Shown here in pieces: positions 9,374-18,149 of a stretch of DNA of 64,000 bases (positions are counted from its first letter, which is position 1; each line of letters opens with the position of its first letter). The stretch is from an uncultured Candidatus Entotheonella sp. (lineage in GTDB: Bacteria; Tectomicrobia; Entotheonellia; Entotheonellales; Entotheonellaceae). The position numbers and the translations under genes are program-made. The notes under the pieces were generated by a model. That model did no database searches and was not told the origin of the DNA. It saw only the letters and a list, made by a program, of their open reading frames with translations. The stretch is from positions 384,001-448,000 of the forward strand of contig OZ244252.1 in NCBI GenBank assembly GCA_965217185.1, written 5' to 3'.

Positions 9374-10363
9374 GTGGCAGCAGAGACTCACATGGCCGGT
9401 ACACGGAGCGCCGAAAAGCCCGGATTCTGGATCGCCTTCCTCGTGGTGGTGGTGGTGCTGGCCGTGGCGCCCCTGTGGTTTCCGAACAGCTTCTGGCAAC
9501 GGCTGCTCACCGAGGTGCTGATCCTCGGCCTTCTGGCCATGTCGTCCGACCTGTTGATCGGCTACGTCGGCATGGTGTCCTTTGGCCACGCGCTGTTCTT
9601 CGGCACCGGCTGCTACGGCGCCGCCTACGCCCTGATGTGGACGGAATCCCCACTCGCCCTGTGGCTGGCGCTGCTTCTGGGCCTCGTGGGGGCGGGCGTC
9701 ATGGGCGTCTTCGTTGCCTTCTATTCCACCCGCCTGCGCGACATCTATTTCTCCATCACCACGCTGGTTTTTGCGCAGATTTTCTGGGTCATCGTCTTCA
9801 CCTGGACTGACGTTACCGGCGGTGAAAACGGCCTCGTGTTCAGTCCGCCGCGGCTGTCGTTCCTGGGTCTGTTTGCGGCCGAGTTCACGACGATGTCGAT
9901 GCACTGGTTCGTGCTGGCGGTGGTGGCGCTGTGTTACGTGTTCTGCCGCCGCGTCACCCAATCGCCGTTCGGCAAGGTCTTGCAGGCCATCCGCGAAAAC
10001 GAGCCCCGCACGCGGGCCATCGGCTACAACGTCGAGCGCCACAAGATGGGCATGGTCATGCTCTCGGCGCTGGTCGCCGGGCTGTCCGGGGCGCTGTACG
10101 GCATCTTCAACGCCTACGCGGCGCCGGATTACTTTTTCTTCCTGCAATCCGGCGAAACCGTGATCTACAACGTGCTGGGCGGTATCGGCACACTGGCCGG
10201 ACCTGTCCTCGGCGCCGGAGTGTTCGTGCTGCTCAAGGAACTGTTCAGTACGTACTGGAGTTCCGAGTACTACCTGATTCCCGTTGGCCTGTTGTTCACG
10301 GCCATGGTGATTTACATGCCGCAAGGGCTGTTGGGCTTTCTGCGGCATAAGCTCAATACGTAG
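9374..10363 (+). CDS. ABC permease (LivM-like)
   Basis: GMVSFGHALFFG, TGGENG and SPFGKVLQAIRENE motifs. Confidence 0.93.
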   Translation: MAAETHMAGTRSAEKPGFWIAFLVVVVVLAVAPLWFPNSFWQRLLTEVLILGLLAMSSDLLIGYVGMVSFGHALFFGTGCYGAAYALMWTESPLALWLALLLGLVGAGVMGVFVAFYSTRLRDIYFSITTLVFAQIFWVIVFTWTDVTGGENGLVFSPPRLSFLGLFAAEFTTMSMHWFVLAVVALCYVFCRRVTQSPFGKVLQAIRENEPRTRAIGYNVERHKMGMVMLSALVAGLSGALYGIFNAYAAPDYFFFLQSGETVIYNVLGGIGTLAGPVLGAGVFVLLKELFSTYWSSEYYLIPVGLLFTAMVIYMPQGLLGFLRHKLNT

Positions 10364-10407
10364 CGCTGCGGTCGCAGGACGATGCCGGCGCGGAGGAGGG
10401 AAGGGTT

Positions 10408-11595
10408 ATGATCAGCAAATTCGACAGCTTATACGCCGGGCACGTGGACATGGACAACGTCGGCTACGGCGGCACTGCAGTGAACGACCGGCGGTTTTCC
10501 AACGAGTACTTGGTGACCACGTACGACAAGGCGCAGGCCATCGCGCAGGTGATGGACCAGCAGGGGTACGACACTCTTTGGATGGCCGAGCACCATTTTC
10601 AGCCCGAGGGCTACGAATGCATCCCGAACGTTCTGATGCTGGCGCTGCATCTGACGCACCTGACACAGCGCCTGCGCATCGGCTGCGGCTTCAACATCGC
10701 CCCCATGTGGCACCCTCTGCGCCTGGCCGAGGATTTCGCCACCGCCGACGTGCTAACCGGCGGGCGGGTCATCTTTGGCGTCGGGCGCGGCTATCACACC
10801 CGCGAGATCGAAACGTTCGGCTCGCCGCTGCTCGATCAGGCGGCCAACCGCGAGCTGTTCGAGGAGCAGGTCGAGATCATCCTCAAATCCTTCAAGGAGG
10901 AGTCTTTCTCGCACCGCGGCAAGAATTACACGCTGCCGCCCAACGTCCCGTATCGCGGCTACGAACTGAAGGAACTCACGCTGGTGCCGCGTCCGCTGCG
11001 GCAACCCGTCGAGTGCTGGCAGCCGATTCAGAGCGCCAGCCAGCGCGCCCTGGGCTTCATGGCCAAGCACGGCATCAAGGGGATTATCGGCGGCGGCGTA
11101 GCCGAAGGCGGCGCCATGCACAAAGTCGTCGAGGCGTACCGCGATGCTGTCGTCCGCACCGGCCGCGACGTCGAACTCGGCACCGACCTGAGCTTCGGCT
11201 TCCATTTCCACCTCGCCCCGACGCGCGAGCAGGCCATCCGGGAAGCCGCGCCCTGGTTTGAGGAAAACCTCAAGATGTTCGGCCCCCTGCGCCTCGTCCG
11301 CGCCCTCAGTGACCAGCAAATCGCCGATATGGGTGATCCCGCCAAAGCGCCCACTGCCGGCCTCCCAAGCCTCCAACAAGCCGTCGATGCCAGCGGCTTT
11401 TTCTGCGGCCCGCCTGACCTCATCATCGAGCAGCTTCAGGCCGTCGAAGCCCGCTACCCCGGCGTCGAACGGGTCAGCGTCAGCCACCCCGTCGGCACCC
11501 CGCAGCAGGTCATCGTGGAGCAACTGGAGTGGTTCGCGCGCGACGTCATGCCGGCCTTCAAGGACCGCGAATCGGCACTGGCCCCGGCCGATTAA
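10408..11595 (+). CDS. LLM-class flavin-dependent oxidoreductase
   Basis: WMAEHHF, HPLRLAEDFATAD and GVGRGY motifs; GGAGGAGG RBS. Confidence 0.92.
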   Translation: MISKFDSLYAGHVDMDNVGYGGTAVNDRRFSNEYLVTTYDKAQAIAQVMDQQGYDTLWMAEHHFQPEGYECIPNVLMLALHLTHLTQRLRIGCGFNIAPMWHPLRLAEDFATADVLTGGRVIFGVGRGYHTREIETFGSPLLDQAANRELFEEQVEIILKSFKEESFSHRGKNYTLPPNVPYRGYELKELTLVPRPLRQPVECWQPIQSASQRALGFMAKHGIKGIIGGGVAEGGAMHKVVEAYRDAVVRTGRDVELGTDLSFGFHFHLAPTREQAIREAAPWFEENLKMFGPLRLVRALSDQQIADMGDPAKAPTAGLPSLQQAVDASGFFCGPPDLIIEQLQAVEARYPGVERVSVSHPVGTPQQVIVEQLEWFARDVMPAFKDRESALAPAD

Positions 11596-11706
11596 GGCGT
11601 ATTGGTGTAGCGAGTCCGGCGTCGTCGGAATAAGGCACGCAGGGAGGGAGATGGGCGCGAGGCTGTGACAAAGGAGCGCGCGAGTGTCGGTACCCGGTCT
11701 GTATAA

Positions 11707-11950
11707 CCCCCCCCCAACCCCTCCCTCCTTGTCAGGGGGGGGCTCTGAGGTGTTGTGCCGACTTTCCGGGCGGCCAAAATGGAGGTTGTCCTGATAGTTC
11801 GAGGTCTTCAAAATTGCCCCTTCCCTTGACGAGAGGGGAAAGGGGGCGCTTTGAGGCGTTGTCTCGATAATCCGGGATTTCAGTATGGGAAGCTGTCATG
11901 ACGGTCGGAGGTCTTCCGGATTTCTCCCCTGACAAGGGGGGAAAGGGGGG
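11707..11950. repeat. Three copies of a CCCC-TGACAAGG-GGG palindromic repeat
   Basis: Copies at 11707-11742 (inverted), 11816-11847 and 11925-11950. Confidence 0.75.
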
Positions 11951-12353
11951 TTATGTCCCCTACAACAAGTCCTTAACCGACAAGGCACGTCAAAATCGCA
12001 CAAACCCAACCCCGGCGGAGCGAAAGCTCTGGTTCGAGGTTCTGCGAGATAAGCGGTTCAATCATTTGAAGTTCATCCGCCAGAAACCGCTGGGCGAGTA
12101 CATCGTCGACTTTTATTGCACTGAACGTATGCTGGCCATTGAAATAGATGGTGACAGTTACGACGCGCAGCAACGACAGGACGAAACCAGAACCCGCAGG
12201 TTGAATGCCCTGGGCATTGAGGTCATTCGTTACACGAACGCGGAGACCATGAACAATCTCGAGGGCGCGTATGAAAACCTGCTGACACGCGTGACGGAAG
12301 GAAGAAAAACCTGCGACGGCCCTTCTGGCACCCGTTATTCACGGCGGAAATGA
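11898..12353 (+). CDS. DUF559 (Vsr-like) endonuclease-domain protein
   Basis: ARQNRTNPTPAERKLW, FIRQKPLGEYIVDFYC, LAIEIDG and LGIEVIRYTN motifs; start uncertain. Confidence 0.85.
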   Translation: MTVGGLPDFSPDKGGKGGYVPYNKSLTDKARQNRTNPTPAERKLWFEVLRDKRFNHLKFIRQKPLGEYIVDFYCTERMLAIEIDGDSYDAQQRQDETRTRRLNALGIEVIRYTNAETMNNLEGAYENLLTRVTEGRKTCDGPSGTRYSRRK

Positions 12354-12375
12354 GGGCAGGTCCGATGCTTCCTCC

Positions 12376-12900
12376 TCAGTGCTCCACCAAAATCTCGACG
12401 CACTGGGCGACGGCCTCTCTGGCTTTGGCGCGCAGAACGGTGTCGTCGTTGTTACTGATGGGGTGGGGGATGACGGCGAAGGGGAAGGCGGGCATGCCGG
12501 TGGCGCGGGCCATGGCTTTGGCGGTGGCGGTGAAGCGGTCGGTCATGATGGCGGTAGCGGCGATGCCGGCTTTGCGGGCGGTGACGGCGTCATGCAGACT
12601 GCATGAGGAGCAACTGCCTCAATCGCCGACGGCGGAAATGACGGCGTCGGCGGCTTGCATCTCGGCGGTGACGTCGGCTGGCGTCGGGCGGCTGGCGTCG
12701 GGTTTCTTGAGGCGGATGACACGGGCGACGCCGTGCTCGGCGCGCAGAATGTCTTCCACGTGGTCGAGCAATTCGCGGACGCGGATTTTGCCGTTGTCCA
12801 GCAACCCGACGGTCCGTCCCTGAAGCGAGGTCAGATGGGCGGCATGGGTTGTTTCAGCGGCGATATCCTCGGCCGTGGGGTCGAGAACTTGCAGAGACAT
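12376..12900 (-). CDS. UGSC-family selenoprotein (TGA at 12619-12621 read as Sec), 174 aa
   Basis: ..AVGD-TGA-GSCSSCSLHDAVTARKAGIAATAIMTDRF..VIPHPIS..LVEH*; the frame stays open for 80 codons after the TGA. Confidence 0.92.
12590..12606 (-). promoter_or_regulatory. Putative bacterial SECIS hairpin
   Basis: TCATGCA-GTC-TGCATGA, a perfect 7-bp stem beginning 13 nt after the TGA. Confidence 0.75.
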
Positions 12901-12918
12901 GGGCGGTAGCTCCCCGGT

Positions 12919-13968
12919 TCAGGGTGAATCAATCGTCTGGGTGACGGCCTGCGCTTTGGAGCCGAGCCACGGCGGGATGACGCTCCCGAACCCGCCAGCG
13001 GGTCCGCCGGCCGCCACGACGAGCAGGTCGTCCGCGGTGCGCAGGGCGGTGAATTCCTGGTCGGGGCCACCGCTGCGGTTGACGATATTAGCCTTGCCCA
13101 CCGTCGCCCATTGCCGCCGTAGCACCCGCGCGGCGCGGAAGACGTACTCGCGCACGTCGCTTTTCTGCCAATCGGCGGCAACAAGCAACTCCCGCAGTTG
13201 TTTCGGAATGACCAGGAAGTAGCTGCCGGACCACACCGAATACGTCAGCATGTTATGCCGCATCTCAGCGGCGAAGGTGTCGAGAATTTCCTCCGGGTCG
13301 TGCGTCCACTCGTTCATGATCTGACGCGGCGGCGCTACGGACATCACGGTAACCGCGGATGCGCCTGTCGGTACGCCGCGCTCCTGCGCCAACGGCAGCC
13401 ACGGACTGTCCTCCTCGTCTTCGGCGATGCAGAAGGCGAACTTGCCCGGATGTCCAAGGGTCGAGCGGTCGAGTTGGCCGGGCACGCAGTCGAGGAGATT
13501 GATCAGCACCAGCCGCACGGTGCGGCCGATGGTGGCGTTGGCACGGTTGCCGTTGGCGAGCACGTTGTGCGTGGCGTTCATGCCGATGGCGCCGCGTACC
13601 GGGCCATTGACCACGATGAAGGGCGCGCTGCCCCCCGTGCTCGCCGTGCTGCCGTGCATGTTGAACCGTTCCTGGCACATGGCCCGCAGCACCGCGGCCA
13701 CCACCGGCATGTAATCCGGCCGGCATCCCGCCATCACGGCGTTGATCGCCACCTTCTCGGCGGTTAGCGGGCGTTGCCGCACACACTCTACGCCGATCAC
13801 GTCGTCCGCATCCAGACCAGCCGCTTCCAAGAAGGCCGCAACGCGTTCCGCGGTCGGCGGCACGATGGGCAGGCCGTCGGTCCAGTCCCGTTCCTGATAG
13901 AACTCGTTGGCTTCAAATGCGTCAGCCACATCGTAGGTGGCCGCTTGCAGTTGAGTGGGGTGTGTCAT
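12919..13968 (-). CDS. Conserved protein of unknown function, type found beside UGSC proteins
   Basis: WTDGLPIVPPT, EKVAINAVMAGC, GNRANATIGR and LGHPGK motifs; ends 18 nt upstream of the UGSC gene. Confidence 0.8.
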   Translation of the reverse strand: MTHPTQLQAATYDVADAFEANEFYQERDWTDGLPIVPPTAERVAAFLEAAGLDADDVIGVECVRQRPLTAEKVAINAVMAGCRPDYMPVVAAVLRAMCQERFNMHGSTASTGGSAPFIVVNGPVRGAIGMNATHNVLANGNRANATIGRTVRLVLINLLDCVPGQLDRSTLGHPGKFAFCIAEDEEDSPWLPLAQERGVPTGASAVTVMSVAPPRQIMNEWTHDPEEILDTFAAEMRHNMLTYSVWSGSYFLVIPKQLRELLVAADWQKSDVREYVFRAARVLRRQWATVGKANIVNRSGGPDQEFTALRTADDLLVVAAGGPAGGFGSVIPPWLGSKAQAVTQTIDSP

Positions 13969-14050
13969 GGCTGAATCCTCAAGTCACCGCACCGGGGATT
14001 GGGATATTCAAGCGGGGAGTCAAACCAGATACGAAATGGGCGAGCGGGAA

Positions 14051-14824
14051 TCAGTGGTGCTCTTTGAGGGTATCGGCGCGCAGGCCGTTGCGGAGCGTCT
14101 CGACGGGGATGACTTCGGAGGGGGGGATGTTGCCGACGTTGACGTGATTGCCGTAGTGCTGGAAAAACCACGTCTGCTGCTTTTTCTGCGGGGTTTCAAA
14201 GATGAGGTTCTGCAGGCCGATGGCGCGAACGATCTGATCGACTTCCTGCGACTGCACGTCGCCCTCGGCGTCGAACACGCCGACGGTGCCGGTTTCCCGG
14301 CCTTCGATGATGACCTTCCACGCGCCAGCCTTGAGTTCGGCTCTGGCCTGGGCGATGCGTTCATCAACGCTGATCTCACTGTCCTCGCACGGGGATTTCT
14401 TGCCGATTTCGGACAAGACACATAGCTGGTGCGCCCTGGCTTGGCGGATTAGGCACAGCTTGGTCTCGTGCGGCATCGCCACGGTGCCGTCCGAGATTTC
14501 AACGCAGGTAAAGCCGAGCTGCTTGATCTCCGTTAAGAATTCCGCCACGCAGTTCTGAGCAACGGCTACCTCCATCAAAGTGCCGCCGGGGCAAACGTAA
14601 ACCTCGTTGTCGTGCAAGATGCGGATCTTGTCGCGCAACCGTTCGGCAGTGAACAACTGCGACGTGCCCCAGCCGAATTTGACGATATCGATGTAGGGCG
14701 CGGCGTCCGCCATGAAATCTTCCAGTTGCATTACCCCCAGGCCCTTGTCGAGAACGGAAGTCAATCCCTGTTCACGCGGTTTCTTCGTTCGGATGGGGAG
14801 GGAGATACAGTCATAGGCGTGCAT
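14051..14824 (-). CDS. comA: Phosphosulfolactate synthase
   Basis: KPREQGLTSVLDKG, VKFGWGTS, PGGTLME, IIEGRETG and ETLRNGLRADT motifs. Confidence 0.92.
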   Translation of the reverse strand: MHAYDCISLPIRTKKPREQGLTSVLDKGLGVMQLEDFMADAAPYIDIVKFGWGTSQLFTAERLRDKIRILHDNEVYVCPGGTLMEVAVAQNCVAEFLTEIKQLGFTCVEISDGTVAMPHETKLCLIRQARAHQLCVLSEIGKKSPCEDSEISVDERIAQARAELKAGAWKVIIEGRETGTVGVFDAEGDVQSQEVDQIVRAIGLQNLIFETPQKKQQTWFFQHYGNHVNVGNIPPSEVIPVETLRNGLRADTLKEHH

Positions 14825-14984
14825 TTCAACTCTCCTTGGTTAACGGATGCCGCAGATGGTTGGCCATGCATCCCTATTCGCATTGCAACGCATTGCAACG
14901 ACTTGTTCAGGACCGTCCTTAGCACCTCCGAATTTTGGCGTGTCCGGCCAGTAGACCACATTCCAGCCCTCATGTCGAGCCCGC

Positions 14985-16031
14985 CTACGGCTCCTGATGA
15001 ATCTGCACCTTGATCGAGCCGGTGGTTTTGTCGTAGGCGGTGTCGAATCCCTGCTGAATCTCGTCCAACGAAAACCTATGCGTGACCATGGGTTGCAGGG
15101 TCGTCCTGCCGGAGTCCAGCATGTCGATAGCCAGTTCGTAGTCGTGCTGGCCGTTCAGGATGCCGTAGCACGATGAGAAGAGGATGGATTGCTCCTTGAG
15201 GAGAGGCGGCAGCCAATCCAGGGTAATGGGCCGCCGGAAGCCGCCCAGAACGACTATCCGCCCTTGCATGCGGGTCACGTCGATGGCCTGCTCCAGGGTA
15301 TCGCCGTTCCTGCCGCCGACGGTTTCGAGGGTCAGGTCGGCGCCGCGTCCGTTGGTCACCGACTCGACAGCTTCCTTGAGGGCCGCACCCTCCGGCGGCA
15401 GAATCTCATCGGCGCCGAGGCGCTTCGCCAACTCTCCCTGCTGGGCGTGGCGGGCGGTAACCAAAATCCTGCCGGCACCCAATGCGCGGGCGGCCGCGAC
15501 CGTGGTCAGGCCGATGTTGCCGGCCCCTAGCACCACCACGGTTTCGCCGCCTTGCATCTGGCCGCGGCGGACGCCGTGCACCGACACGGCGAGCGGTTCG
15601 ACCAGGGCGCCTTCTTCCCATGACATGCCGTCGCGCAGCGGGTAGCAGCCGATGGCGCGGCGTTTCATGTACTCGGCAAATCCGCCGCCCTCGTTTTCCG
15701 CCTTGTTGAGGCATTGGCGGAACTGCCCCTGCCGGCAATACCAGCACTGCGAGCACGCCAGCCCGTGCCCGATGGTTTCGACTGCCACCCGTTGTCCGAG
15801 CAGGCCGCTTGCTACCCGGTTGCCGACTTCGACGATTTCGCCCGCGACTTCGTGACCAAAGGGGATGGCGTCGGGCTCGGTTTTGTCGGCGTTCATGAGC
15901 AGGTCGGAGCCGCAGATGCCGGTGGAGCGGACGCGAACGACGACGTCCTCGGGGCCGGGTTCGGGGGCGGCGATATCGGCCAGCATCATGGCGTTGTCGC
16001 CGTCGAAGAAAGCGGCTTTCATCTTGGGCAT
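14985..16031 (-). CDS. Zinc-dependent alcohol dehydrogenase (MDR family)
   Basis: GICGSD, GHE, C-x2-C-x2-C-x7-C and GAGNIG motifs. Confidence 0.92.
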   Translation of the reverse strand: MPKMKAAFFDGDNAMMLADIAAPEPGPEDVVVRVRSTGICGSDLLMNADKTEPDAIPFGHEVAGEIVEVGNRVASGLLGQRVAVETIGHGLACSQCWYCRQGQFRQCLNKAENEGGGFAEYMKRRAIGCYPLRDGMSWEEGALVEPLAVSVHGVRRGQMQGGETVVVLGAGNIGLTTVAAARALGAGRILVTARHAQQGELAKRLGADEILPPEGAALKEAVESVTNGRGADLTLETVGGRNGDTLEQAIDVTRMQGRIVVLGGFRRPITLDWLPPLLKEQSILFSSCYGILNGQHDYELAIDMLDSGRTTLQPMVTHRFSLDEIQQGFDTAYDKTTGSIKVQIHQEP

Positions 16032-16224
16032 GGGTATTCCTTCCGTGGCTTGGGTGGCAATGGCGTGGCACTTCAGGCAGGTGGTGTCAGGAGGGCTCAC
16101 CATACGCGCTTCCCGCCGGGTTTGCAAGCGGTGGCCCGGCTTGTTGCGCTGGGCCGCCTTTGCCATAATAGGCCGCGCGGTAAGGCGGAATCATTGGCCA
16201 CATGAACCACAAAGGAGACGCGAC

Positions 16225-17184
16225 ATGGCGACGCTGTTGGGAAACGGCGATTATCAGTACGAGGTTGACGTAGCCTGGGGCAAGCTGCCCGACGGGTGGT
16301 CCTACAAGGAGGCGGCGGCGGTCGGCGTGGACGCCAACGACAATGTCTACGTGTTCAGCCGGGGCGACCATCCCATGATCGTCTTCGACCGTCACGGCAA
16401 TTTTCTGCGGTCCTGGGGCGAGGACCTGTTCGCGCGCGCCCACGGTGTCACCATGGGGCCCGACGAGTCGATTTACTGCACCGACGACGGCGACCATACG
16501 GTTCGCAAGTGCACCTACGACGGCAAGGTACTGCTGGAACTCGGCGTACCGGGCAAGGCGGCTGCGATGCACAGCGGCAAGCCGTTCAACCGTTGCACCC
16601 ACATTGCCCTGTGCCCGGACACCGGCGCCATCTACGTGGCCGACGGCTACGGAAACTCGTGCGTGCACAAGTACGACCCCAACGGCAAGCTGCTCTTCTC
16701 GTGGGGCGAGGCGGGCACCGACCCCGGCCAGTTCAACATCGTGCACAACATCTGCACGGATAAAGAGGGCTACGTGTACGTTGCCGACCGCGAGAATCAC
16801 CGCGTGCAGGTGTTCGACCGCAACGGCAAGTTCGAGACGGCGTGGAGCAACGTGCACCGCCCCTGCGGCCTGTTCATGGACAGCGGCGACGCAGAATTGT
16901 GCTACATCGGCGAACTGGGCTCGGGCATGGCGGTGAACGCCACGCATCCGAATCTCGGTCCGCGCATTGCCATCCACAACCGCAAGGGCGAGGTCCTCGC
17001 GCGGCTGGGCGACGACACCAAGGGTGCCGGCGAAGGGCCGGCCCAGTTTTTGGCGCCGCACGGGGTGACGGTTGATTCGCACGGCGACATCTACGTCGCG
17101 GAGGTGTCCTGGACCAGTATCGGTCAGCATCAGAACCCGCCGCGCGAGATGCAGACGCTGCGCAAGCTGATCAAACGTTCATAG
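16225..17184 (+). CDS. NHL-repeat beta-propeller (peptidyl-alpha-hydroxyglycine lyase-like)
   Basis: IYVADGYGN, PGQFNIVH, VYVADRENHRVQVF and QFLAPHG repeats; AAGGAG RBS. Confidence 0.88.
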   Translation: MATLLGNGDYQYEVDVAWGKLPDGWSYKEAAAVGVDANDNVYVFSRGDHPMIVFDRHGNFLRSWGEDLFARAHGVTMGPDESIYCTDDGDHTVRKCTYDGKVLLELGVPGKAAAMHSGKPFNRCTHIALCPDTGAIYVADGYGNSCVHKYDPNGKLLFSWGEAGTDPGQFNIVHNICTDKEGYVYVADRENHRVQVFDRNGKFETAWSNVHRPCGLFMDSGDAELCYIGELGSGMAVNATHPNLGPRIAIHNRKGEVLARLGDDTKGAGEGPAQFLAPHGVTVDSHGDIYVAEVSWTSIGQHQNPPREMQTLRKLIKRS

Positions 17185-17213
17185 CATCGGATTCGGATAA
17201 GGAGACAGCGGAA

Positions 17214-18041
17214 ATGCCCCTGGATGCTCGAGTACAGGACCACATCGCGGTGGTGGCGAGCCAGACGGCCCTGATGGCGCAGGCGTACGGCGAGTGGTCC
17301 GCGGCGGATTGGCAGCGCCACACCTTTTGCTCCGGCTGGACGGCGGCGGACGCGGTGGCGCATCTGGTGACCGGGGCCGACTTCTACACGCAGGTCATCA
17401 AGTCCGGCCGTACCGGCAAGCCCGGTAAGCCGTGGGGCGTTACGAATGTCGAGGAGTTTCGCGTCGCGCGCGGAGATGCCGGCAAGAAGCTGATAGCGGC
17501 CGGTCCGGCGGCCGTGTTGCAGGCGTTTTCGGACAGCGCCGCGGCACTGCAAAACGTATTGGAGTCGCTGCAAGACCGGGAACTGTCGGAGTTGGCTTGG
17601 CATCCGCGCGGACTGGTGCCGATAGATGGCTGGATCGGCATGCGGCTCATCGAACTGGGCATTCACGATTGGGACATTCGTCAGCCGCACGAGCCCGATG
17701 CTGGACTGTCGTCCACTGTTGTGCCGGCGCTGCTGGCGGTCCTGCCGGACATGCAGACGCAGTTTCTCACCCAACGCGCTGGTGACGACCTTACCGGAAC
17801 GTATGGCTTCCAGGCTGGCGGCGCGTCGTGGGGAATTCGCTTGCATGAGGGTGCGGCATCCTACCTGCCCGAGGCGCCGTCCGACTGCGATGCCTGCCTG
17901 CATACAGATGCCGAAAGCATGATCCTGCTCACCATGGGCCGCGCCGACCTGGAGGCAAAACGGGCCAACGGCGCCCTGACCGTGACCGGCGATGCCGACA
18001 AGGGTCAGCAGCTTTGCGCCACTCTGTTCCGGGCGTTCTAG
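17214..18041 (+). CDS. MDMPI/DinB-like metal-dependent protein with C-terminal SCP2-like domain
   Basis: TFCSGWTAADAVAHL and ELGIHDWDI motifs. Confidence 0.8.
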   Translation: MPLDARVQDHIAVVASQTALMAQAYGEWSAADWQRHTFCSGWTAADAVAHLVTGADFYTQVIKSGRTGKPGKPWGVTNVEEFRVARGDAGKKLIAAGPAAVLQAFSDSAAALQNVLESLQDRELSELAWHPRGLVPIDGWIGMRLIELGIHDWDIRQPHEPDAGLSSTVVPALLAVLPDMQTQFLTQRAGDDLTGTYGFQAGGASWGIRLHEGAASYLPEAPSDCDACLHTDAESMILLTMGRADLEAKRANGALTVTGDADKGQQLCATLFRAF

Positions 18042-18149
18042 CATTTCGGTTACTCCAGTGTGTACCGGAACTCAGAAAGGGGTCGGCTTTCGCCGAAATA
18101 ACGCTCCGCGGCTGATCGTGCGGCGCATTAAATCGACAAAGGATCAGAC

